Shown here one piece after another: positions 54,955 to 64,000 of a stretch of 64,000 nucleotides of DNA; position 1 is the stretch's first letter, and the number at the start of each line of letters is the position of its first letter. This DNA comes from a virus. Taxonomy: Duplodnaviria > Caudoviricetes. Location of the stretch: positions 128,001-192,000 of the IMG/VR virus record IMGVR_UViG_3300035390_000014. One strand, given 5' to 3'. The translations under genes and the position numbers were made by a program. Under the pieces are notes generated by a model. It was not told the DNA's origin and made no database searches. It saw nothing but the letters and a program-made list of their open reading frames with translations.

Positions 54955-55626
54955 TTATCTCTCCCATGATTCTTTTTTATGTTCATCTTCTACATTATTT
55001 CCATCCCTGTCCAAGTCTTTCCAACTATTCATTGCATCAATCCTAGAACCTAGAATCATTGCATGTAGTCTTCTCCATAATCCACCCAACATTTCTTTAA
55101 GATATTGATACATCCATTTAAGAGGATTATTAAGTAAAGTCCAAAATGCAGACCATGGCCAATACCCCATCCAGAAAGCTATATGTTTAGTACTTGTTGC
55201 AACAGTTGGGATATTTTCGTATCTCATATGTTCAAAACAAGCACGTTTTTGATTTTCTGGAATAGTCTCAATAGTCACTTTGGGATCGATTTGTCTTTTC
55301 TCTTTAAATTCATTAAACGATCTATCCCAGTTCCTTCGACTTTCAGTTAAATAAAAGATATATTTAACAATACTATATACAACCCCAATTAGAATATAAG
55401 CAAGACCGTATTTAATAAATGATGCTGTATTTAAAGAAATCCAATCTGGTAAACTAAAATCACTACATAGTTGAAGTAGAACAAGAAATGCCACTGTTGA
55501 AGTCAGAGCAAACCCTGGACTTTCATCTTCCAGAAACCAAATCAACAATACATTCCAGACAACAAACGGTACCATAAATGTCCAGCTAAACCAGCCAATA
55601 ACAATCCATTGCATCCAATCCATCAC
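54955..55626 (-). CDS. Membrane protein
   Basis: Three or four TM helices, WMGYWPWS. Confidence 0.65.
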   Translation of the reverse strand: MMDWMQWIVIGWFSWTFMVPFVVWNVLLIWFLEDESPGFALTSTVAFLVLLQLCSDFSLPDWISLNTASFIKYGLAYILIGVVYSIVKYIFYLTESRRNWDRSFNEFKEKRQIDPKVTIETIPENQKRACFEHMRYENIPTVATSTKHIAFWMGYWPWSAFWTLLNNPLKWMYQYLKEMLGGLWRRLHAMILGSRIDAMNSWKDLDRDGNNVEDEHKKESWER

Positions 55627-55961
55627 ATTTTCTCCTTATTTTTTAATTCATATTTAATTACTGCTTCATTTGCCATATTCCAATAAAATGCATCTTTACC
55701 TTTGTTTTGAAGATACAACTTTGATATCCAATAATCAACTTCTTCTGAAAAGTTGTTATGGTCTTCTTGTGGAATAAATGTAAAAAGAAAATCATCTTTT
55801 CCATTTGGATGAATATCAGCTTCAACTCCATGTGTATAACATAAAGATCCACCAACATAACAACCATTAGATGCTGTACCATTATAAATCCCTTTAAGAA
55901 TTTTCAATACTTCTTCTTCTGAGATTTCACAATCATCTTCTCGAAAATCATTAATTATCAT
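55623..55961 (-). CDS. Hypothetical protein
   Basis: Coupled ORF. Confidence 0.55.
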   Translation of the reverse strand: MIINDFREDDCEISEEEVLKILKGIYNGTASNGCYVGGSLCYTHGVEADIHPNGKDDFLFTFIPQEDHNNFSEEVDYWISKLYLQNKGKDAFYWNMANEAVIKYELKNKEKM

Positions 55962-57664
55962 TACTTCATTCCTATGCTATAAAGTTTATTATCAGTAAAG
56001 AACCTTGTTGAAACTCCACGTTTGCAAAGCTTCATTGATGAACTTAATTCTTTATCTTTAATCACTTTAACCTTTGATGAACTTGGGTTATCACTGAAGA
56101 TTTCCATTTGATCATCATAAATTAAAATAACTATACCATTATCAAGCGTTACAAAATTGACTTCATTCATATCAATAGTGTTTATAAATCGAGTAGTATA
56201 CATCGCACAGGTAACAGTCCCAGTCATAATCATAAGTTTATATTCTTTATCCTTTTGATTAAAAACTGAAAATACTGCAACACCACTATCATATTTGGCA
56301 TCTAATACTTTATAGTCATCAAGTTCATCAACTCTAATTCTTATAAGGCGACTATGAACTTTATCAGGCAATGGGACTGTTACATGCTTTGCCCCAAGCA
56401 AATCCTCAACAATTACATTTTTAAATAATTGACTTGAATTTTCTGATATTGACCATACCTTTTTACTAACCAAAAGTATATTGGTTATATGAGATGATTC
56501 TGCAAATCTTGTTTCTATAAGGTCTCCTTTATTTTTAATGTAAATAGTATTATCAACAATCATCATTTTTTCAGCAGCCATTTCAGATCCAGGATAAACT
56601 TTGATGCTGGGCGCTAAAGATTTCAATTCAATTTCACCATCATTGATTTTAACAAGCGTTGGGATTTGTCTTAAAGGTGTATGAACCACTTCAACATTTT
56701 CACCAACTCTATGTATCATTGAATTGCCAATGTAAATAGATTTCTTAGTTCTGGTGACAGAAATTCCATTTAAATTATTATGATCTAAAATAGTATCATC
56801 GTAATTACTATGCTCTTCAATTTTAAAGTTATCAGTTGATGTTACGACAATATATTGAACTGTAACATTAACTTCTCCAGCTCTTGACGGAGGTAATTCT
56901 CTTTTACCTTTTTCAAATAGATTAATAAACCAATCCATATAATTAGTTGGTATCCTGCTAAAGTCCCTAACTGATTTTGCAAAAGTTGTATTTTTATTGA
57001 ACACGGAAATATTCGCTCTCATTCTCTTTTCCATGTCATGTCGTTTGAAGTCTTGATGCTTTCCTTTAAAAGGATGAATACCAATAAACAATTGACAAGC
57101 TATAATGGCGAATGAATACCAATCGGTTAATTCATTAAATGTTTTTGCAGTCCAATCTCTAATGGATGGCATTATCACTGTGGCGGGAAATGATTTGGTT
57201 TGATATGAATTAACATCAATGAAATAAGCATCCATAAAATTCTTTTCATCAACCAAATAATTCAATTCATTACCATCTACCTGAATACATTTAGCGGCAT
57301 GTATTTCTTTTATTGTATCTTGCATCCTGGAGATTAAAGCAATGATTGTGTCGTTTGAAATGTTATTTTGGTTTATAAACGTGTTTGTAAACAGTTTACA
57401 TAAAGGGGTAACGTTATCAATGAAATCCATTGTAAAACCAACCCTAACCCCCTTAGAGTCGCTAATTATATCTTTAGGGATTAATACCTTGGGATGTTTT
57501 ATCTCTTGAAGTTCATAAATCTTTCCGTCGGGAATCATCTCAGAAGGGTTATGATATATTTTATATATTGTTTTGTTCCTTCTATATATCTTAGCTTCTC
57601 CGCCCGATGTTACAAAGTCGTTACCAACGATTTTGACTTTTTGTCCTTTGATAGTATAATCCAT
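55961..57664 (-). CDS. Protein-kinase-like protein with C-terminal beta-rich extension
   Basis: GGEAKIY, YKIY, DGNELNYLV, FID.NS, DWYSFAI....LF.GIHPF. Confidence 0.8.
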   Translation of the reverse strand: MDYTIKGQKVKIVGNDFVTSGGEAKIYRRNKTIYKIYHNPSEMIPDGKIYELQEIKHPKVLIPKDIISDSKGVRVGFTMDFIDNVTPLCKLFTNTFINQNNISNDTIIALISRMQDTIKEIHAAKCIQVDGNELNYLVDEKNFMDAYFIDVNSYQTKSFPATVIMPSIRDWTAKTFNELTDWYSFAIIACQLFIGIHPFKGKHQDFKRHDMEKRMRANISVFNKNTTFAKSVRDFSRIPTNYMDWFINLFEKGKRELPPSRAGEVNVTVQYIVVTSTDNFKIEEHSNYDDTILDHNNLNGISVTRTKKSIYIGNSMIHRVGENVEVVHTPLRQIPTLVKINDGEIELKSLAPSIKVYPGSEMAAEKMMIVDNTIYIKNKGDLIETRFAESSHITNILLVSKKVWSISENSSQLFKNVIVEDLLGAKHVTVPLPDKVHSRLIRIRVDELDDYKVLDAKYDSGVAVFSVFNQKDKEYKLMIMTGTVTCAMYTTRFINTIDMNEVNFVTLDNGIVILIYDDQMEIFSDNPSSSKVKVIKDKELSSSMKLCKRGVSTRFFTDNKLYSIGMK

Positions 57665-58555
57665 TTACCAATCCTCATGAAAACAACCTATAGAAAGGTC
57701 ATCATCATTTATAAAACCTTTCTTAAGATATTCTTTCATTACCTTTTTAACACGTCTACTTAAAAAGGCACCCTTAGTCAATTTGAAATTCATCATTGAT
57801 GAAACGACATCTTTATAATTGAGTTCATTTTCTTCTGGTGTTAATGTTTGCTCAATAATCTTTGGCATCTCAGTTATAGAACCTTTCGGACTATCATTCA
57901 TAACTACATATCTTAATTCATTGTATAATTTCTTATACTGAATTTCTCGATTAAATACGAATGACTCAACTCCATCACTTGCTATAAAGAGATCCTGTAC
58001 TTCGTCTTCATGTATATGAATATCAAAACAATCCATACTTTGCCCTCTTAAATATTCACCTTTTTCAGTTTCAAAGAAAGCAGCCACATTAGAATTTTTA
58101 TAATTTTCAAACCCATCAATTTGATATCTCAAATAAGCCGGAGCATTTGGTTTATATATCATTCTTCTGATATTTACGTTACCATTGGGTTGTTTCCAAC
58201 ACAAAACACCATCACCATACATATATACATGATAATATTTACCAAATTTATATGCAATAATTAATGTTGCATCAAGACTATCAACCTTAGTATAAAACCT
58301 AGATTGAGTTTTCAAAGCATCAATAATTATACGTTCTCCCATTGCGTCAGGATATAAATCTGGAAGACGACTTTGATGCTCTTTTAAATATTTCAATGCT
58401 GTATGACATAAAATCCTTGCCCCAATATCACTATCCTTTGCTTGAGAACAACCATCAGCAAGAATAATATATGGACAAGGATTACTTCCAGATAAGATAT
58501 AATCTTGACATATGTCATGACTATGTCCTATCTTTAAAAAAGTATCAAGATTCAT
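57665..58555 (-). CDS. PP2C-like phosphatase
   Basis: GHSH..CQDY, LADGCS, ATL, GDG, ASDG, DD.SIG. Confidence 0.85.
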   Translation of the reverse strand: MNLDTFLKIGHSHDICQDYILSGSNPCPYIILADGCSQAKDSDIGARILCHTALKYLKEHQSRLPDLYPDAMGERIIIDALKTQSRFYTKVDSLDATLIIAYKFGKYYHVYMYGDGVLCWKQPNGNVNIRRMIYKPNAPAYLRYQIDGFENYKNSNVAAFFETEKGEYLRGQSMDCFDIHIHEDEVQDLFIASDGVESFVFNREIQYKKLYNELRYVVMNDSPKGSITEMPKIIEQTLTPEENELNYKDVVSSMMNFKLTKGAFLSRRVKKVMKEYLKKGFINDDDLSIGCFHEDW

Positions 58556-58665
58556 TGGTGACTCCTTAATAAATTAACCTACTTAAACCCGTCCAAAATG
58601 CTACCCATCCAATAACACCAAAAATTACTTTACCCATGAACGCCCACAAGGTTCTCCATTGTACA

Positions 58666-59121
58666 TCAGTCATTAAGTGCCTTCATTACATCTTTGATAT
58701 TGTATTCATCAATTTGCTGAAAACATTTATCACCGATAACTATTTCAACATCAAATTCAACTCCATTTTCATCAAAATAAGTTATCTTTGCTTCTTGTGG
58801 AGATGCATGAAATTGTTCATTGGTAATATCCCATCCAACCAAATCAGAATATATATCCTCTGCATATTCTCTTTTAAGGTCTACTCCCCTTAACCGAACT
58901 GCTTTCATAATTGCATCATCTGAATATCTATCACCTGACATAACCCACGGAGTTATATAGACTAGAATGTCTTCCCAGATATCACCACATGCTTTATAGT
59001 CTTTTGTTTCTTCTTCGTAATGGTCGCCATCACCAGACATATTCTTTGTGGTTAACATCCAAATATTCTTTGTTTTTGGAACTTTTATTCTTGAGCTTTT
59101 TTTAAATGTAATAGATTTCAT
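58666..59121 (-). CDS. Hypothetical protein; MSGDGDHY motif resembles WENDGDNY in 61719-62159
   Basis: ORF track. Confidence 0.55.
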   Translation of the reverse strand: MKSITFKKSSRIKVPKTKNIWMLTTKNMSGDGDHYEEETKDYKACGDIWEDILVYITPWVMSGDRYSDDAIMKAVRLRGVDLKREYAEDIYSDLVGWDITNEQFHASPQEAKITYFDENGVEFDVEIVIGDKCFQQIDEYNIKDVMKALND

Positions 59122-59123
59122 GG

Positions 59124-59393
59124 TTACTCCTTTTTTTCTTTGTTTGAAAGATTTATATTGAATGTTTCAGATGATGCTCCATCAGTTGGATCTTCATTAA
59201 TCTCACCAAGATGCCATAACAGTGCTTTACCAGCTATGGTAATTTCTTTGTCCTGTGTTGCCAATCCTTGTTGAACAAGATCCCATCCACAATTTGGATA
59301 TGAGAACATTGGTGGAAATTTGCCATATTTAGTAAAAGCAAGACACCCTTTAAGCATTGCAATTTGATCTTTTTGTTTTATAACATCTGTCAT
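59124..59393 (-). CDS. Hypothetical protein
   Basis: ORF with RBS. Confidence 0.55.
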   Translation of the reverse strand: MTDVIKQKDQIAMLKGCLAFTKYGKFPPMFSYPNCGWDLVQQGLATQDKEITIAGKALLWHLGEINEDPTDGASSETFNINLSNKEKKE

Positions 59394-59404
59394 TTTTATT
59401 TTCC

Positions 59405-59686
59405 TTATTTACATGGTAATGGTTTAAGATCACCCCATGTATCTGGTTGATTGGCAATCCAATACATTCTTCCATTTATTTCAATTACCTGGTTTCCGGC
59501 TATACATTTAATCCCATGCAAAACATTTTCTTTATATTCAATAATTTTTGGAGTGGGAATCTCTACAACTTCCTCAGTATAATTTTCATCTACAGAGTTA
59601 TCTCTATGTTTAATAACTTGTGGAATAGCAATTGCAGCAAGAATTCCAATAATTACTATTCCAATTAGATATTCTATAATATTCAT
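59405..59686 (-). CDS. Type IV pilin-like protein without leader peptide
   Basis: MNIIEYLIGIVIIGILAAIAIPQ aligns with mature pilin FTLIELMIVVAIIGILAAIAIPQ, including E5; two C-terminal Cys. Confidence 0.7.
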   Translation of the reverse strand: MNIIEYLIGIVIIGILAAIAIPQVIKHRDNSVDENYTEEVVEIPTPKIIEYKENVLHGIKCIAGNQVIEINGRMYWIANQPDTWGDLKPLPCK

Positions 59687-59743
59687 TTTTACCTCCGGTA
59701 AAATTTGGGGATCCCGATAATATCTGGGACCCCCAAGATTAAA

Positions 59744-60481
59744 TTAGAATGTTAGGTTCTGGGAAGGACCTCCAGTACCAAGGTTCTGACTCTGAGAAGA
59801 AATGGACTGACTAACAAATCCAAATACTTTAGCCGCCTGTGCAGAGGTCATACCACCAACATCAACAAATTGATCAAGACCAATATCCTTGACAAAAGCA
59901 TCAAGGTAATCTCTAATCTCAGATGCATAAGATGATTTGGTATCATAGAATCCAATAACAATGATCTTAACAGATTCAAGAATTTCTTTCATCTTAATTT
60001 CTTCAATCTTATCAACTATGGATTGAGCTCCAAGAGTTGAAGCATTGTCCATACCATCAGTATAAACAAATACTATTCCATTGGTACCGATATCAGATTT
60101 ATCCAGGACTTCTGCATATTTCTGAATTGCAGCAAGACCATTGAACACAGCATCATAAAGACATGTAGACCCACCAATTGACTGGGAGGGTTTGTAATCA
60201 TCTTCATCAATTTCCATAACCGGTTTAAATCCATGATCTTCTTCAATCCTGGACCCGAACTTTGTATAGTGAATCATCAGTTTATCAGCACGAGGACTTT
60301 TCTTACATGCCTGATTTACCAATTTCTTTCCATCACACATAATACCACGTACACCATTTGTTGAAGGACTTACATCCTCGGCAATTGATACCAGTGTGTA
60401 TTCATCTTCAGGGTTTGCCATATCTTCAGGGTCAACTCCAGAAAAACCAAAAGCATTATTCTCAGGTATTTCAAATTTCAT
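59744..60481 (-). CDS. vWA-domain protein (TerY-like)
   Basis: EDVSPS, T.LYDAV, VYTDGMDNAS. Confidence 0.8.
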   Translation of the reverse strand: MKFEIPENNAFGFSGVDPEDMANPEDEYTLVSIAEDVSPSTNGVRGIMCDGKKLVNQACKKSPRADKLMIHYTKFGSRIEEDHGFKPVMEIDEDDYKPSQSIGGSTCLYDAVFNGLAAIQKYAEVLDKSDIGTNGIVFVYTDGMDNASTLGAQSIVDKIEEIKMKEILESVKIIVIGFYDTKSSYASEIRDYLDAFVKDIGLDQFVDVGGMTSAQAAKVFGFVSQSISSQSQNLGTGGPSQNLTF

Positions 60482-60493
60482 ATTTATATCTCC

Positions 60494-61297
60494 TTATGCA
60501 AGAAATTTATCGCTCGTTGTAATGTTGCCACCAGCTGCTTTAAAATCAGCAATGAAAGAATCACCAAGATTTTCAAATCCGGTTACATTTGACATTGTAT
60601 CTTCAAGAAGATAAAGTTTCTTGATATACACTGGATCAGAGAAGTTTTCCATGATATCCCTGACTGTATTGGCAACACAATGACTTTTGGCTTGACCAGC
60701 AATTCCAACAATATCAGCTTCCTCAAGAGGTTCGATAAGACCTTTATTATTCAATCCAGTTGTTGAATCTTCTGGATCTACGACCTCAGCTTTAACAGCA
60801 GAGTAATGTTCAGTCTTAAAGTTAGACCCTTTTGTAATTGGTCTAAAACTTCTATAGGTTTCTCTTTCCCATTTATGAATTGCAGCCATAATGGTAGGAG
60901 TCATCGCCCATCCAGGAGTTCCAATAAGACAATGGTAAGGCCAAATTACAAGAGGGTATCTTCCACCATCTTCAAGTGCTTGGGTATAATGAAGTGCCCA
61001 TAATCTCAAATTTGGATCCATTGGAATGATATCACCATTGTCAACATCTGCATATGTAATCAAATCAAATGGATTAACCGGGGCACCATCTTTTCTAATC
61101 CAAAACATGGGGTGGAAAATCTGATACTGACTATGACTATCAAAAGTCACATAAATCTTTTTGAGCCTTTCCATCAATCTTTCAATCATCGTGGCTGTTC
61201 TAATGGAGTCTTCAACTGCACCTGGAACAAAGAGTGTTCCCCAATCTGCATTACAAAAGTCTTCCTGCGGGTCAATAATCAATAATCTTGCGTCCAT
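60494..61297 (-). CDS. pncA: Nicotinamidase / isochorismatase-family hydrolase
   Basis: IIDPQ.DF, D.H, WP.HC..GTPG, KG, G.A.SHCV..T. Confidence 0.8.
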   Translation of the reverse strand: MDARLLIIDPQEDFCNADWGTLFVPGAVEDSIRTATMIERLMERLKKIYVTFDSHSQYQIFHPMFWIRKDGAPVNPFDLITYADVDNGDIIPMDPNLRLWALHYTQALEDGGRYPLVIWPYHCLIGTPGWAMTPTIMAAIHKWERETYRSFRPITKGSNFKTEHYSAVKAEVVDPEDSTTGLNNKGLIEPLEEADIVGIAGQAKSHCVANTVRDIMENFSDPVYIKKLYLLEDTMSNVTGFENLGDSFIADFKAAGGNITTSDKFLA

Positions 61298-61310
61298 TTT
61301 TAAATCTCCT

Positions 61311-61703
61311 TTAAACTTGTTTTTTCAAGTTTAATTTAATTAATAATTCTAACTTTTCATTAGTTCTATGATAGTTTGTATTCAGATTTATATAAGCATC
61401 ATCATACCCACCACCGCCACAATCAAATTCACAAATAAGAAATAAATTTAATAAAGCATACATACCACCCATCTTCCTACTATCACCAGAATATTGAGCA
61501 ATATAATATACTCCATCTTCCTTTAATTCTTTAATTGCATCATAAAGTTCAACTCCAGCTTCTTCAACAATATCATCAATATCTTCTTCAAGACTACATG
61601 CATACTCTTTTAAATATTGTTGATAAGATTTTTTGTCTTCTTTACAATAGGTAAATGTAAAATAATCAGGTATATAAAAAACTCGAGCAGTTGCTCCACT
61701 CAT
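61311..61703 (-). CDS. Hypothetical protein
   Basis: AGGAG RBS. Confidence 0.55.
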   Translation of the reverse strand: MSGATARVFYIPDYFTFTYCKEDKKSYQQYLKEYACSLEEDIDDIVEEAGVELYDAIKELKEDGVYYIAQYSGDSRKMGGMYALLNLFLICEFDCGGGGYDDAYINLNTNYHRTNEKLELLIKLNLKKQV

Positions 61704-61718
61704 TTTTTCTCCTTTAAA

Positions 61719-62159
61719 TTAAGCTATCTTTTCTAATTTTACATCACATGGTGAATAATAAATAAACCCATTTTCAAACACCCTTGAATAATAATATTCA
61801 GAACTTCCCATTAACACATAATTGAGATCCATAACAATATCAAGGATCTCTTCTGGTTCAGTTTCTCCTTTATTTATTAAAGGTTTATCAGAGGCATATT
61901 TTATTACAATATCCTGTGCTTTATCTTCATTACCTTCATTGAAATTACCAATTCCACCATCACCATTATTACATGAAACAAAGATATCTTTACACATTTG
62001 AAGTACAGCTAATGCATAATCTTTATTGTCAACTGTTATGGTTCTGGTTCTATAGTTATCACCATCATTTTCCCATGAAGTGATACTAATAGTATAACCC
62101 TTTTTTACTGCAAGTATTTCATCCAATATCAATACCTCCAAATAATTCATCAATACCAA
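61719..62159 (-). CDS. Hypothetical protein
   Basis: SWENDGDNYRT motif. Confidence 0.6.
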   Translation of the reverse strand: MVLMNYLEVLILDEILAVKKGYTISITSWENDGDNYRTRTITVDNKDYALAVLQMCKDIFVSCNNGDGGIGNFNEGNEDKAQDIVIKYASDKPLINKGETEPEEILDIVMDLNYVLMGSSEYYYSRVFENGFIYYSPCDVKLEKIA

Positions 62160-63942
62160 CTATTTTAATTCCTTTCTTTTTAGCTGATTTTGTTTTGTTA
62201 GATTCCTTTGTGGGGTCAGCAACTACCAATATCTGAGTATCTTTACTAACCTTGTCCATGATCTCATACCCACCTTTCGCTCGCAATAACTCATAGTAGA
62301 CAGATTTCTTCTCAGGAAATTTGCCAGTGAAACATACCTTAATAAAGTCATCATAATTTTGGACAACTTCTTTCTTTTTCTCAGGAAGTAATTTACCAAG
62401 TTCCTCTAAATATTTATAATTTTTATAAATTCCATCAATGATAGCCATTCCTCTTTCTTTTCCAATGTTTGGAAGAGCTTCTAATTCTGTTATGTGCATT
62501 CCTGATAGTTGAAGCAGACTTCTTTCAGCCAAAAGATCTTTACTAAGAGAACGACCAATACCAGGAATATTTAAAGCTGCAAGCAATTGCCACTCAAACA
62601 CTCCAAGACCTTTCACTTTACTAATTTCATAATAAAGATTGTTAGCAGAAGTTTTTCCAAAACGAGGCATTGACTCAATTTGAGCTAATGATAAGTTGAA
62701 AATATCAATGAGATTCTCAACACCCAAGCTATCCATCATCTTTTGAATAGTTGGTTTACCAAGTCTATCAATACCAATTCTAATTACAGCATCAGACAAT
62801 TTATTTAAAAGCTTTCCTGGACACTCACTATTGGAACAAGTCAACTGAGGGTCCACATATGTCAATTCAGACCCGCATACAGGACATGGGGGTATCACAA
62901 TCGGTGTTCTATTGTCACCAGGTTTAGAATCAGAGATATAAGGAATAACATCTCCAGCCCGTTCAACTTTAACATGATCGCCAATATGAAGATCTCTATC
63001 AAGAATATTTTTCCAGTTATGCAAAGAAGGACTTGCAATTGAGGCGCCACTTATTTCAACAGGATCAATTTTTCCAACAGGGGTAATATCATGTTTACCA
63101 GGACTGAACTCAATATCTCTTAACACCGACCATTCAAAAGGATTTTCAAATTTGAATGCAATTGCTGATTTAAGATGATGACTTGTTGCTCCAAGAGATT
63201 TAGCATAATCATTATCTGCAACTCTAACAACAATACCATCAACCGGAAAGTTCATTCCTTTAACATCTTCAACAAGGTTTACCCATAAACTTTCGCCCAT
63301 GGCTTGAAGTTCAGTAAATGTGTAATCAGTATAAACATATTCAAAGTCAACAAATGCAAGAATCTTTACTGGCGTCATATCATCACGACTTAAGATACCA
63401 CCAACAGCATTTCTTTCATTCTTATAATTTTCACCACTTTTTCTGGTGATGGTTCCTTTGATTTCCTGAAACTTTGATTTTGTAAAAAGTATTTCTCCTC
63501 TCACATTATCATTATCATGATTTTTCAAAATATTCATAAAAGCAAGTTTGTCAGTTATATCTTCTCCAATCTCACCATCACCCCTTGTTGCTAGAACTCC
63601 ATCCATTAACTGACCAGACACACCGTCAAGTTTTGGCATGACTCTGAATACTTCTTCTAATGTCCTTGCATTTTTTGAACACCACTTAATAATTTCATTA
63701 TATGAATAAGCTTTATCCAAACTGAGCATCTTAACTGAATGGGTAATCTTGCTGGACGAATCAACTTTTGGTGTACGAACCTCTTTTAAATATTCGTTGT
63801 CAGGTTCAATTTTCAAAAGTCTATTTACAATTTGATCATATTCAGGATCATTTATAAGGGGTTTATTTAAAACCCAATATGAATGGTCATGAGCTTTAAT
63901 TTCATTTTCAATTTGAATTGCTTCTGCAGTCCTTTTTGTCAT
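62119..63942 (-). CDS. ligA: NAD-dependent DNA ligase with BRCT domain
   Basis: H...MLSLDK, KLDG, ATRGDG..GEDIT, VRGE, RNA, DG.V, AFKF, RAGDVIP, Zn finger CPVC..C..C, BRCT. Confidence 0.96.
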   Translation of the reverse strand: MTKRTAEAIQIENEIKAHDHSYWVLNKPLINDPEYDQIVNRLLKIEPDNEYLKEVRTPKVDSSSKITHSVKMLSLDKAYSYNEIIKWCSKNARTLEEVFRVMPKLDGVSGQLMDGVLATRGDGEIGEDITDKLAFMNILKNHDNDNVRGEILFTKSKFQEIKGTITRKSGENYKNERNAVGGILSRDDMTPVKILAFVDFEYVYTDYTFTELQAMGESLWVNLVEDVKGMNFPVDGIVVRVADNDYAKSLGATSHHLKSAIAFKFENPFEWSVLRDIEFSPGKHDITPVGKIDPVEISGASIASPSLHNWKNILDRDLHIGDHVKVERAGDVIPYISDSKPGDNRTPIVIPPCPVCGSELTYVDPQLTCSNSECPGKLLNKLSDAVIRIGIDRLGKPTIQKMMDSLGVENLIDIFNLSLAQIESMPRFGKTSANNLYYEISKVKGLGVFEWQLLAALNIPGIGRSLSKDLLAERSLLQLSGMHITELEALPNIGKERGMAIIDGIYKNYKYLEELGKLLPEKKKEVVQNYDDFIKVCFTGKFPEKKSVYYELLRAKGGYEIMDKVSKDTQILVVADPTKESNKTKSAKKKGIKIVGIDELFGGIDIG

Positions 63943-64000
63943 TCTGTTCTCCTTATATATCTTCTATTGGTATAAACCATGTTTGCCAGGTAGACCCATA

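Noticed and set aside
1-64000. Genome-wide TAG or TGA reassignment
   Set aside because: Long conserved genes are intact in code 11 and end at normal TAA, TGA or TAG; only one isolated in-frame TGA was found

Overview
AT-rich, gene-dense segment of a large (probably jumbo) T4-like tailed bacteriophage, most likely infecting a diderm bacterium (OmpA-type lipoprotein, pilin-like gene, CspA, GroES, NAD-dependent ligase, AGGAG ribosome-binding sites). 1-48.4 kb is mostly on the + strand. It holds a dispersed tRNA/ncRNA region (1-20.5 kb), a DNA-modification/replication block (21.6-36.3 kb: PIG-L deacetylase, glycosyltransferase, UDG-PolB fusion, QueE, ThyX, TGT/DpdA-like protein, DnaB-like helicase) and a head block (36.4-47.2 kb: portal, prohead protease, major capsid protein). 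48.5-64 kb is on the - strand and carries an NAD-salvage/stress block (NadE, PncB, PncA, kinase-PP2C-vWA triad, LigA). The standout feature is at 9.47-14.15 kb. Five non-coding RNAs share a covarying scaffold (outer stem, G-AACG / RWAUUA-C internal loop, A/U-rich inner stem), each carrying a different tRNA-like cargo: three distinct topologies (two circularly permuted), two with a CCA inside the linker. They lie with other structured RNAs directly upstream of a two-gene unit encoding a helical+vWA (Ro60/TROVE-like, inferred) protein and an ARPP-like protein. I read this as a candidate new class of phage Y-like RNA/Ro-like ribonucleoprotein system. Also notable: a CUA-anticodon amber suppressor tRNA next to a PTH2-like gene without genome-wide recoding, His and Gly tRNAs with long variable arms, a PncA-PncB-NadE NAD route, a leaderless pilin mimic, and a soluble PgpH-type HD domain. 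All assignments come from motif recognition and hand folding; no database searches were run.
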